Shown one piece after another: positions 1 to 13,303 of a stretch of DNA of 64,000 nt. Made by a program: the position numbers and the translations under genes. The notes below the pieces were generated by a model, which was not told the DNA's origin, did no database searches, and saw only the letters and a list, made by a program, of their open reading frames with translations. The stretch is from NCBI RefSeq assembly GCF_964204645.1, contig NC_134028.1:5890001-5954000 (forward strand). Direction: 5' to 3'. The DNA comes from Tubulanus polymorphus. Its lineage: Eukaryota; Animalia; Nemertea. The stretch's first letter is position 1. Every line of letters starts with the position of its first letter.

Positions 1-1207
1 GAAATAATGTAGATGAATCGTGTGAAGATGAGCTGGAAATGCACACGTTATTCTGCAACAAATTATCGTGCAACATATCGAACAGTCGGGACTGTCATTT
101 CAAGTGTCTCAGCTCCGATATATATATCAAGTACAAATGCTTGTTTATAGCGCTTTAGAATTATCCAAATATTCCCTCAAGTTGCACGGTGCATTATTCG
201 GCTGCTGTCGATGCGCAATCTACCCGAAACATCATCCATAATTCGGAAGCACGAGAGTGATGAAAAGTAACCCGTAGAATCTGACTGCAATTGCATTTCT
301 GAGTTGTCTTAACGGTTTTTTCCTCATTGTGGTTGCGCATAATCCTAACCCATAACTCTTGGCAGCGCCAATCGGCTCCAGAATCCATTTACAATCCGCG
401 CACAATGGACCACCATATCCAACCTTGCATTTTATATTTTTTTCATTTTCCTCGGGATTACTACTAGGTTAGCAAGCCAATGATGAATTTTTTCAAATTC
501 ATATAAGTCGATTAAAATCGTCTCAAAACCCACACTCCGTAAATATGTAACGACGATTTCTCTAGATAAAATCCAGATTATGAATACAATTCGTTTTATC
601 GCCTACAACAGGTTGCCGTAGATATATACTGGCGATATTCAACCACTTATCGGCGTTTCAGCCGCGTGACAAGCATGCTTTACTTGTCTGACTTCACGCG
701 TTTGAAATATTGATGACCGTCCCGAACAAACCGTATAGAAAACAAGATCAAAACACGATGAACTAGCAATATTGTCATAATTAACAAGGGCGGATTTTAG
801 GGATGGACCGAGTAGACTAGTCCACCCGCTCTCCAAAAGATCTTGAAAAACAATCTTTTGCAAAGAAATCTTTAAAAAGACGAAATATAAATCTGAATTG
901 GCAATATCTCATAATGGCAAGAAAAGGCCCATTTTATCTTAGATTATCTGTTGGAGGGCCAACACGACCCAAGTCCTCACGTTGCAAAGTCTGCCCTTCT
1001 CAAATAAAGTGCTGCTCATTCCAATCATCAGGTTTAATAATTGATTTATCCAACAATCGTAGAAATCCAGTCACCCAGTTCTAGGAACTCACGAAAAAAA
1101 AACTGATTTTGACTCTTAATTTTCTAACTGGAAACTCATGGATTCGGCTCCAGAGCTAATCATTTATACAAGCGTTTACTGAAGAAGTAAAAAGATTAAT
1201 GTTTTAC

Positions 1208-4200
1208 CAAATTGAAAATGATCTTCCATTTTTCTTCGACGCTCAGCATGCGCAGTTCACGTTCTTCATCTTCACTGAGTGGAGACAGCATTTCCTGAAA
1301 GAATTCAATGGAATAGAAAGTTGTTTATAGCCGTCTGTACGTAAAAAGCTTGTTCACCAGTCGTGTATTAGAAATCACATGGAAGTCGTTTCTTCCGTTA
1401 ATACACTTTACGTTAATGGTGGAAAAAAGAGTCTTATAAAAGCGCATGGACCCTTCTTGTAAAAAGGTAACTGCATGCACTGATTTTGTGGACGCACATA
1501 ATAGAAAGTGTATGAAAATACCGTACCCAATTGAATGCTCTGATCGTTGCGCTGATCGTAACCAGAGATCTTAAATGGTACTTCTATAAAAATTAATTCT
1601 AACAGACTATCTTGATAGAAATTGGAATTGGAACGTGCTTACTAACTGGCTAGCATGAATTTCTGCTAGTGAAATACTGCGTGACCTCATACAAAATATG
1701 AAACATCAATAATCAACTTCGGGATCGTTTGTGATAATAGAAAACTGTTTTTTTGTCAATGTCGATGATTAATCGTGTATGAAATGAACGGACGCCATAC
1801 TGCGCGGGCAAAAACACCCAATCATACGAATCGATAAAATATACGTGGCGGTCGATGAGAAATTAATCAAATTTCAATAAAGCCATTACTGCAACCAATC
1901 TAATATCGAATAGCTGCAACCGGCGAGATATCCGATATATAAGCGATCGTACTGAGGTCGCCATCGAATACACTGATGCGTGACGAAAAAATGCAAGTTT
2001 TTTTTCCTATTATCTACATACACCATCATATGCCATGCAAACAGGTCTTTAAAAACTCAATCATAAACAACAGACAAAACAAGAAAGAACTTAAGCCGAA
2101 TTCTAAAAACTCTAAATAATTGACATTCTGGAATAGAATTACTTGACGCAAGTTGTATGCAGCAGATTTGCCATTTCTGCTTCTTGACCACATTTCATTA
2201 ATATCAATATATTCGTAAACATCTAACCGGGTTAAGGAGGACCTACCTCAACTTCGATCAAGGAGCTGTAGACTATGAAGAGCGTGTCTCACCCAAAATA
2301 GTGACGCCCAGGACTGTGACAATTAAAAGTGACAACGATGTTTATAACACCCCCACCCCAATAGCTTCACTCACTATGCAACATGCATAATGTTTTCTAC
2401 CTGCCAAAATATCTTAATGGTCATCTTGACCTAGACTGTATTCGCCTTACCTTATAGCGTAACGCCATTCTCTCGATATGAATTATCCAAATACCTCCAT
2501 TAATTCAAACCATTAAATATGTCAGTATCTACGTAACTGAATGATAGTTCTAAATTGAAAACTTGCGGTCGGCCACTTTATCAAGTCGAGAGATTATAGT
2601 TAGCATTCTTATAATATAATAATGAGTGGTACATGCCGGGACAACTTAACAAAAAAGCACCGCAGTCAGCTTTTAGATATAAGCAGAAGTTTCCGATATC
2701 CAACGTCAAGTGCGCAACGAATGATCAACGTTATGGCGAAATGCAGCTATAAAGCACAAAAGATGAAGTTTGATTTAGGGGCTGCTTTAGCGTGCGTGTG
2801 TGGATATGAAAGCTAGTAATTTTCATCATCACACAGACGACGGAATGGTTTGCGGATTATATCCCGCGTCGATTTATCAATTCTCCGTCACGCGCAACAT
2901 AGGTAATGTTAGCCAATCAAGTGACGGGAAGTAATCGTTGTTATTGTTATGCTTCTGCAGATGAACGAGAAAAAAAACAATAATTTAGACTCCACTTTGT
3001 TTTTTTCTTAAATCACTTTCCTTGTTTGGAAAAGTATATTTGTTTTGTCAGCGTTGTGTTACTCGCACGAAGCACACTATTCATTATAGTTTTAAATAGG
3101 CGCCGAATTTGCTAGTTTTACAGGGATTTTTGATTAGCTAGAAAACAGCATTACCGTCAGTCCAACTTTTATATAATGTCGATTCGAATTTGTGAGAGTT
3201 ATAACTCCTCTTTTAAGCAGAATATACCAATAATGGGCTTCCCTTCAAAATGCCTCATTTTAGAAACAATAAAAAACAACATCATTCAGCATATACTTGA
3301 TGATAAACATTGCATGGAGATGGCACAATATAAACATACCATAAGTTGAGCGAACATGATACAACACAGATATACGATATAACTTACCCGTTTTTCAGAC
3401 GGGATTGAAGAGAAAAACATTACATTTCCGAAAGAAGACAATTGAAACATGTTTGAAATCGCTTACGAGCGAAAACTGTTATATTACATAGGCTCTTCTA
3501 CGCGGACCAGTGGGGGTCCTTGAAACGTTGCCGATATTATTCAAGAGTACTCTCAAAATTCACCCGGATAGTCTCATTTCTCTAGACCTACTTCAAACGC
3601 GTTCTTCCGCTAGTGTTTTGCGATTAATGCACAAGTCGTGTATTTTCGCGCGCGCCATGAATATAATCGTGAATTTGATTAATTCCCGGCCGTGCTCCGC
3701 GGAAAATGGACGTTCGCGTATATACCGTCGAACATCAAATACATTCCAATGAAAAAAACCCGAGGTTTACGATTAACCGATTCAAGAGCAAAGCCAATAA
3801 TTGATATAAATAAATGAATTTACACGCACACACCTGCCTCATAATTCGGGCTTAAGTTACTTCACTATGGGCTTTGCTTAAGAGGATCAATGACATCATT
3901 TCTAAACATCAAAGTAATGACTCAAAACATCTACCAAAGATTCCAAAGGCTCCATCAGACACTTAACTCCTTACTATACTTATTACATACTGCCACCGGT
4001 CAAGATATTGTGTATTTGTTTTTCTCTGTAAATGTCGCTTGTTATTTTACCATTCACTCATGATTGTCATCATTATTGTTACAATGAGTCTGTCAATAAA
4101 GTATAATCAAACGGGTTCCAAATAAGCATTCCAAAAATAAGCATAAATAAGCATAAAAATAAGCATTCCAAACGGGTCTCTATATTCACTCTTAAAGAAG

Positions 4201-6906
4201 CAAACGGTGCGTTCCTTTCTACAGATGGCTTTCATAATTTCCCACCCGAGTACTGGATCCCGTTACCCCAAACCATTGAGTCTTTGGTCAAATCAGGGAA
4301 TACTTCCCTGGTCAAATCCAGTTGGTAAATAATAACTAACCTAACGCATTACGATAGAGCGTTGAATCTTACAATCATTTTAATCGCGTCCATGCCCATA
4401 TTTCTTTTCGAAATATTTCACCACACACTTACCATATATTCGCGAAATTGCTCGTGAACGTAAAATGGAGGGGGTGTTTTGAGACAGCCGGCCGGTCCTG
4501 GAATTCTGTGAAAAACGTGGTCATCCTCCGAGTCGTAGCTGATTCCATCGCTAGGCGCTGGACGCTTTTTAGCCGGTTCGAATTCTGAAAAAAAAAGTCA
4601 ACGAAAGTTGTTTCAGATTTCGTAGCGCCATCGGGACATATCCAGCGACAAGTGTATATTTACCATATGAACCTGTTAAATAGGTAAGCCCTGATTTGTA
4701 TCGCAAAGGTTTAACCATTGTGAAGCTTCCGATCGCTACTGTTTTGCTCCGGCCACTGATAGAATTGTATGTACAACGCTTTTTCAAAGTGAGATTATAT
4801 TTTTACTATACATTTATATCAGATATTACAATGGAAGGTAGATACGCATTTGAAATATTCACAAAATTAAACATGTTATGTCCGGGTTCTCTTTTTATGT
4901 CTTTGGGGATTCCAGATTTTTCAAAGCGACGTTTTTCTTATCTTTCGAAACAGCAAAAATTTGTTGCGTTTAATTGATTAGTTGAAATATATATGCAAAA
5001 TAACAATTTAAATCGGATTCTTTAATCGATTTCCAGTACGCGGCCACCTGTTGATAAATCACTTGTCGGAGCAGCAATCAAACCATTTGTAGTAAAATTT
5101 GATCCGATGATGACTCGTAACTCAAATTCTTCTAATATTTGATTCGGGGGATTAAGCTGAATACTAACCGATTTCCATAAAAATATAAGCATCCATGTAA
5201 AGAAGAATGGATATTTGACGATAATTCTATGATTACTCCGGGGGAAACGTACACGTTACACGCAACGTCTGCGTTTCGTAAACTACGCATACATTTTTGC
5301 GAAGTGATGTAGAAGTTGTGTTCAAACTACAGGTATAGGCTTCGAAACGAATGGCCACAAGGTCAGTTGGCAAGTGCATACTAATTAATACGGCTTAATA
5401 TGCATTTATCACGTACTCGAGAAAAGAAAACTGTCGTCGATCGCTTCGAGTGAAATGTCAGTTCACCCATTATTTCTTGCATTGAATAAATGTTTTATTT
5501 GATACTATTAGCATATATTTCTAATAAAGTGACAAACATATGGCCCCACATTTGCTTCTATAATTCCACACATTTATGAACCCTGAATTTTCTCATAGAC
5601 TGTAACACTTTTTCCAAAAGAACGTTGACGCTGTAGCCACCGCACGTTCGATGACGGAATACAACGAGTTTAAAAAGGGGTCAGTTGACATATATACATA
5701 TGGTTCTAAATAGGGCAAAAATGTCGAGTGATTTAATACATACAGGTATATACATTGAACAGGTATCGTCTGGTGGCTACAGTCATCGAATAGTTGTTGT
5801 CGATTCGAATTACAATTGTTCCAAAAGGAAAAACGATTATATTTATATCAACAGACTGTTAAAATGCTATGTAACGCGTGATGGTCCAGAGATGAAAAAG
5901 TTCGTATGGTCTCATTAGTTTTTGCGTTCAAATGTATGCGTCAATAAACACTCAAAGCTACGACTAGGGTTTTAAAGACTGCTGCAGCACCTTAACGTGG
6001 AAAAACCTCAATGTTTAAATATCGAATATATATGTGAAACAGTTACTGATGTAACATCACGGGTCTTCTCTTCGCAGAGAGGGGATCTAGGAAACTCGTG
6101 CCTAAACAAGACCATAGTGTGTAAATCCCCGGAGGCAATAGATTTGTCCAACGCCCAATTATGACTAAATTCTATATGTTTTGAATAATTAACGAGACTT
6201 CTTTCATACGGTTCCGTGCTAGGAATGGAGAATATACATATGTGGTAAGAACAGTTCAATCCCTTCGATAGTGTCAACGTGAAGTTCGGCCTTTCACTTT
6301 TACCTAAACGGTGGCAATTTTGTGCTCTGCGTGAAGAAATTGTTACATCATGTGTAACCCCTTCAAATTGAAGGCACAAAAAGCAAGCATAGTTAGCTAG
6401 GGCTCCTATAGAAAGTGGGAGATAGGCCTGCGCTAAGTAACCTACCTCCCAAATATGTGGATGATAAAAGGATGACGTGACCTACAATGAAATGACTATA
6501 AACCGCATCAAGGCGACGAAATACGTAATTTGTAAAATTCATTTGATTATAGAAACCCTAAAGATGGGAATTATTTGGTCGAATCTTCTGTTATTGTTTG
6601 TAGCTATTTACCTTTTAAACAATCGTCGTCTAACGAAATGTCATCGATATCACCGGCGCTGTGGATGCTAAACCTGTCATAAGCCCAATTCGAGCCGTGA
6701 GCCCCGGGCTTAGCAGTTTTCCTCGGCCGATCTTTTTCCGCTGACGACGACGCCGACTGTTTCGCAATTCGCGCCATCGTTTGGTTCTGTTTACGCAAGG
6801 CGAGGCTGCCGGTCGATCCTCCATTCTGACTAGAGAACGTATCCGAAAATCCCGTCGCATCCAAGTCGTATTTACGCCGACGAATTTTATCTTTTAACCT
6901 TACCAT
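1208..6906 (-). CDS. Partial minus-strand gene continuing off the left edge; product unknown, possibly formin (GBD-like N-terminus). Candidate exons: 6906-6612, 4435-4433, 3420-3388, 2468-2451 (candidate alternative first exons) and 1294-1208
   Basis: Exon 1294-1208 is bounded by ttctttcag/gtaaa and is exactly 29 codons (EMLSPLSEDEERELRMLSVEEKWKIIFNL), loosely like the 'LPAEKKWQI'-type segment of formin GTPase-binding domains. ORF 6906-6604 looks like a disordered N-terminus ending at an AAG|gtaaat donor (phase 1); I could not firmly identify a linking exon. Confidence 0.4.
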
Positions 6907-8334
6907 CGTTAATTGCTACCGATATGATGATGATGGTGCTCTCGTAGTTTTCGATCGATGTTTTTAATGCATTATTGATACGTCTGATATATTTATTGGA
7001 ACCAGTCTAATTCAGTACAGGGTGTGTTGTTTCGTACAGTTTGTACTTTCGATGTCGCCGTCGTCGTTGGCGCATACCTTAACGCCGGTGTGTCACTTTC
7101 CCCTTCGCGTAAACGGGTCAAGCCCTTCGTTAAGAATGGAAATTTTAGACTTCATTTGATCAATTGTACCTATGCGCATTGCACACCACCGCCCCGAGTG
7201 TAAAAACATGATACAATCATACGAAATACAATAGGCAATCGCGTCGGATTCTTATTAATCAACCTATAGTGTCCCACGGTTATTTTCCATAGTCAATGGA
7301 AGGTAAATTGCTCCTCATATGTATTTGATGACGTTTTATTATGAACCTAAAAAGGAAAGGTGTTTGCTATCTCAAACTCAACGAGGGTGTAATTTTCTTT
7401 CGAATATAGATTTTTCTTTTATTAGTTCGATTCATCTTAAATTGATCCGAATATTAATTTCTATGCGATAAGTATAAGGCTCACACTAATGTAATATCGA
7501 TATGAACCTTCAAACAGATTACTTCACTTTGTAATGTCCGTGCTCCATCTCACTTCGAGTTTCGTCGACTCTAGAGCAACATGTTGATGCTTAAACAATG
7601 TCACAGGGATTCTAAAGATCGGTTATTCCCGGATATGCCGGTATGGAGTTTTAAAGGAGAAAATTTCAAATTTCGAGAAAGTGTCTGGTATCACTTTCGT
7701 ATGCCAATTACAACAGACTCCTAAATTGGTACTCTCGTTCAGTGGTTTTGTTAGATTTTTATCCTATAGCCTACGCTACCTAAAATCGGATAAAAAATCG
7801 GATAAAAAAAATCCTGGTCTCAAGTGTAGGAGACCCTGCATCAGAACCCAGTTCCACAGTGTTGTGAGGTGATGTAAATAAAATTCCATTAAAACCGTTT
7901 TCAACAAGTCAAATTTAAACTCCGAACTGTCTAACTAGGTACTCCGTGTGCGATGGAGATTCTTCCAGAGAAAAACGAAAACAACAATTTAAGCCGATTC
8001 ATACAATAATTTATTTTCAAAAAGCTGCTTGGACAAAAATAGATTCGATGGAAACGCAAAAATGAAAAGAAATCAAAGTGAATGAAAATAAAACCATCAA
8101 TAAATATCATAGGTGTTCAGAGGATATAACAGGACCGTTACACCATTTTTTTAGATTCTTTAAAAACAAAATATGCAAAACCAAATTGTGTCAATCCTAG
8201 AATAGATTAAGGTTTATGTTGCGATACGGAACTTTCCTTTTATCCAACACGAGTGGGCAGTAAAATGAAAAATTCATTTCTTATCACAGGCAACTTATTT
8301 CTGAAGCGCGAAATTCTCAGAATGCGTTAGGGTT

Positions 8335-11048
8335 TCATTCTCGCGGAGAATCGCTAACTCCGAACAATTCGACGATGTCTTCGTGATGGAAATCTCGAGC
8401 GATATCAGCCGCGGTCAATCCATCCATTTTCATTGATTGATCGGCACCCACTGACAATAAAACCTCCACTACATCTTTGTGTCCTGAATAGAGAGAAAGA
8501 GAGTGAATTCTTTTAAATTAGATCCAGTGTCATTTTAGATTCCAGATATGCTAACAAATGGACTACAAATGTTATATACTAGATATTCTATATGCACACT
8601 TGCTCTAATGATATAACTAACCAATAAAGCTTTTTGCGATATCTATTTCGAACTATCACCAATTTCACGAAAATCAAGGCTTCACCTGTGTTCAGGGCCT
8701 CCTCTCAGAAATTTTTAATAAAAAATGAACCAAAGAAATGAACTACAAACGCTAAATACTAGACATTTTATACGCACAAATGGATAGTTGAGACCTCAGG
8801 GTGAACTTCGGTTTGCGTAATTAGTCGACTCGTGGTCGGAACTAATAATAGAATACACTATAGGCCTAGTTCCAGTCTTACGCATTATCACAGTGTCGGC
8901 CATCTTGGAAGGTTAGCACAACAGCGATCTTGCTCAATCGCGTGTTTCATTTTTCCGACTATAGTTCCAACTAACTGACATTCAGTATCACTTAGTTCAC
9001 AAATTGTCAACTAACTATCAAAACTGAAGTTTGCCCGGGGTGAACGAATATCTGAAGGGGCTACAGATTAATGCAGGCATGAGGTGGCATGAAGTTACAT
9101 CGTTAATAGCTAAAACTCAAAAATTCATTTAGACGGAAGTTTGTAATGTTAGCATATGTACATACCGTGTAGTACAGCCATGTGTAGAGCCGTAGCGTTA
9201 TCACAATGTTTGTTGACTTTATTTACATCAACACGTCCAAAATTGAGAAGAGTTCGAACCATACTAGCACTGCCACTGTTAGCCGCCGCATGCAGAGGGG
9301 TGTTACCACTATCCGCGGGAGCCTCGGGATCTATTTTTGGTTTCACCTGGGAAAGATTGCAAAATATCTCAAAACTCTTCATTGGACATATATCTTAAAT
9401 ATTGAAGTTAAAAAGAAAAACAGTTTCCAGTGGTGTTCAGTGAAGCATCTCTACAGTTAAAAACACCTCTTTCCAACTCTGAACTTTTTTTTACCCAGAT
9501 AAAAATATGCTCATTGTGAAGATGGTTTTTCTCTAAATGGAATGGATTCATTTACCTGGGTCAAAAGAAACTTCAAGACTTTGTCTTGATTGTGCATGAC
9601 GGCAATGAAGATCAGTGATCGCTGATGCTCGTCCTGGATGCGAGGATCAATTTTGCCAGACTTGATGAAATAATTGACTACATCCACAAATCCTCTCCTG
9701 AAAAATTTCAACAGAATGACACTTGTAGTTCTTGAATGCAGTTGGATACCAATAACATCGATGGGGGATCTAGTTCCAACCATTTGACAGAAAGTGATCT
9801 CAAACCAAAAACTTAGGAAAATCAAAAACAGATCATGGATGCACAATCCTCAAGTAGAATTAGATTTTTGACCAAATCTTGTTTACCCCGAGTAAGATCC
9901 CGAAGAATTTGTCAGAATAATTCAATTCAGAGATATGAAGTTCTGAATTGTTTTAAAACTGGCAAATTTTAGCTGCACTTTTCAATAACTTACTTAATAG
10001 CCTGGTAAAGCCTTCGTTGAGACATATCTTCTTTCAGAATCTGTAAATTCAACTTCTTCAAGAAGTCCTCGGGTTTACTCGAGCTCAATCGTCGATAAAA
10101 TGTAACTACAGCGTACCAGATATTCGCCAGCGCGTACGCCCGAATCGCCAACGCCCACTGAGCCTGCATTCGATTCGTCGTGCGAATCTTAACGTCCGTC
10201 AAAAGTCGTTTATAGGAATCGGCTCGCTCCGACGACAACACGTCGAGATAGTTCAGAAACAGGAACGAGCCTCGCGAGCTGAACAACTTCGCCGGATATT
10301 CGCGAAGCACGGCGCCGATCAGTTTCATCAGGTCACCGTAGCGCACGGTGCCGCTGTCGCGACCCGCCGCGAATAACAACGACAGCTCGTCGATCAAAAT
10401 ACTATGTTCTAATTGAAGAATTTCCTGCCATTTCAAAGCGGGAAAATCGGTCATCAGAAAATGAGCGAATTCGATGAAATTATCGCCATGGTGACACCAC
10501 AACGATAAATCGCTGACCGACTCGTTCGCTTTCGGTAACAATTCGCCTAATAACGTCGCGTCTATATATTGAAACATGTAGTCGAAATTACCGTCGAAAT
10601 CGTGTTCGTTTTCGCACGGTTTTAAAGCTGACGCCGAATCCGACGAACTTTCCGAGCGAGCGCTCGAACTGCGCACCGGCGGCAACGCCTCCGGTTTCGG
10701 GAACTCGTGTCCGACGGGCACGTTCACTGTCGGCGGTTTCTTCTTTTTCTTTTTACGTTTCGTTTTCGATTTAGATTTCGGGTTTTTAGCGCCGTTGAAA
10801 TCGCGCGCGGCGCCGATCGCGTGACCGACTGACTCCGGACTAACGCGTTCACCGTTCGTACTTATACCGGAGTCGCAGTGTAATACGCTACTATTCGACG
10901 ACTCCCGGCCGGATGATCCGCTGAATGCATCACCGGATAACGATAAAGCATCGGATATATCGCTGAGATCTGCCTCGTCGTCGCTATTTCGATAAGTTAG
11001 TCGCGAAACACAAATCAATTCTCTCAAGTCGCGCACACCTCGACTCAT
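8335..11048 (-). CDS. Ankyrin-repeat protein with an uncharacterised helical N-terminal region; coding exons 11048-9994, 9697-9556, 9346-9166, 8483-8335
   Basis: A 352-aa ORF is spliced in phase to exons encoding ankyrin repeats (GNTPLHAAANSGSASMVRTLL, ATALHMAVLHGHKDVVEVLLSVGAD, GLTAADIA). Junctions are canonical GT/AG; stop TGA at 8337-8335. A probable non-coding first exon lies near 12521-12600. Confidence 0.85.
8795..9040. mobile_element. Degenerate MITE-like element in an ankyrin-gene intron
   Basis: Imperfect ~50-bp terminal inverted repeats (cctcagggtgaacttcggttt... / ...aaaactgaagtttgcccgggg); no clear TSD. Confidence 0.4.
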
Positions 11049-11591
11049 TTTGAGTTTTCAAATCTTTTTCGTGCGTTCTCGAAATCTATCTGCAATCAGG
11101 TTTTTTTTGCGGTTCGACTTAAAGGATCCAATTCAACTGGAGCTGAATATCGAGGCGTATTTTCAAAAGTCCGACGATCGCGGTGACCATCACCGTCATA
11201 GGGTAGCGTCCGTGCCAAGCGGTATTGAAGAAAAATAGTAAAATTCTCGACATCGGCAGAAACAATCGACTGCCATTAATCAAACACAGCCACGCAGATA
11301 TACCGACAACAGTTGGTCTCATCACACTACTTTGTATAGGCGAGTACCCTGAAAATAAGAAGTAAACTGAATGTAGAATGAGGAGTATTGAACTGGTATG
11401 ACCACTTATTTTTCACCAAGTGTAGTAGGGCCCTTACATTTAGAATCTTAGGGAGGGGCCGCACAAAAAATTATTATCAAAAAGAATAGTGTTATGCTGG
11501 TTTAACCAGTTAACCATTAGAGATACCTAAACTACATTCACTCCAAAAGCAGTTTCGAGGTAACTGTCTTTTTGGTGTGAAAAGAACTATA

Positions 11592-11888
11592 GGGGCCGAC
11601 TCTATTATCACGTCCGGATTGATATCTGGATAATCCGGTGATTCCGTTGAAATAGAGTACAATTGGAGAACGACTGTGTTATCGCTTAATAGACTGGTTG
11701 CTGAGCCTAGACTGGTTGCCTGTTAATGCTATGCTGAACGTGTATCTTCTTAACCGCACGGCTCAACTCCGCAACTAAACCACTTCGCCAGAATGGAGAG
11801 TCCGGAGATATCCGGATGATCACGTGATCGATAAAAGAGTGAAATTGGAGACATCCGGACGCATCCGGATGGATAATAGAGTCGGACC
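11592..11888. mobile_element. MITE (~300 bp)
   Basis: Inverted termini gggccgactctattatc...ccggat / atccgg...gataatagagtcggacc, flanked by TA on both sides. Confidence 0.6.
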
Positions 11889-11944
11889 TAGAGGTGCTTA
11901 TGCTTTCAATTATCCGCAGCACCGTCTCACACACCGCACACGGC

Positions 11945-12358
11945 CACAGGCACTTGAATATGGGCTTTGATAATGGATAAATATTTGATAATTCACCAGC
12001 GATACGTTAATCCTACTTCGATAGATCCACCATGTTTTTTAATAAATTTACCCATGATGCAACGCGCGCCGGTCGTTTAGCTATACTATACAGAAAGGCT
12101 GGAAACGATCCTATCTCCGTAATGCTTAAATCTACCCTTAATCGTTTCCAGCCTTGCGGGTAGATTTAAGCATTACGGAGATAGGATCGTTTCCAGCCTT
12201 TCTGTATAGTATAGCTAAACGACCGGCGCGCGTTGCATCATGGGTAAATTTATTTAAAAACATGGCGGATCTATCGAAGTAGGATTAACGTATCGCTGGT
12301 GAATAATCAGATTATTAAAAATTTATCCATTATCAAAGCCCATATTCAAGTGCCTGTG
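11945..12358. mobile_element. Fold-back (near-perfect palindromic) element with 7-bp TSD
   Basis: Arms 11945-12137 and 12158-12358 are reverse complements with few mismatches and one small indel; 20-nt loop; termini CA...TG; direct repeat ACACGGC on both flanks. Confidence 0.85.
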
Positions 12359-13303
12359 ACACGGCACAGGCGAGGCAGGCACAGAGCCGGCCGCGGGCAC
12401 AGCCGTTCTTCCCAGAGGCTCAAAATCATTAGTTAGGTAAATGACGTTACTGTACCCCAAACTATGTCAGGGTAGGGCAAGTGAAAATATAGATAGAATT
12501 CAACAGAATTGAATACTAACGTTGTAAACCGATCTACATTTCGATGATTTATTCAGTATTCAGTCATGCCAGTCGGTCGCCATTTGTAAACAACCCGTCG
12601 CGGTGCGTCCGCGGAGGAGTGCGGAATCGATGAATGTCAAATGAGGGCAGCACTTGCCGGTTGAGATATTCCTGACAGATCGATATAACTGACTGTGGCA
12701 AGCGAGTGAATGTTGTTCACCGTCAATGTAATTTTTAGGGATTTTTTCAAACGTTCAAACAAGATTATTTTTCAAACAATTGACACATTTCTATTACAAA
12801 CAATCGAAGCTTGATGAAAGAAGAGTATGTCCATCAAAAGAGTTGTAAACCCCTAGCCATTCAGCATTTAACATCCGAACTCACATACAATTGATAATTG
12901 ATAATTGATTAATCGGATAAAGTATTTGAAATTATTATTCTATCTATCATTCGAGTATAAAGTTTTTAATTGTTGCGATTTTGATGTGGCTTTACTTTAC
13001 AGTGATAAAAGATTGCCTACGGACCCCACAAAACGGAGACACAAAGATCAGAACGATAGGTATTTTACGTATGGTCGACAAAGTACCCATGGTATGAGAT
13101 TTTTAAGTTGTTTTTTTAGCAATTTCACATACCGGTTTATCATCCAATAACACAAATCGAAAGTGCGCTATTATATTTTTTTTTCATTCAATTTTGATTA
13201 TTTACTCAGCAGATAAGGACAGGATGTACTACAACTTTAAAACAGCTTCAATTCGCATTCACTGTTCTCTTTTTCCTGAAGTTGAAAATACCACGTTACG
13301 AAT

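Noticed and set aside
194-388. 64-aa minus-strand ORF as the next exon of the left-edge gene
   Set aside because: No convincing splice boundaries or recognisable motifs.
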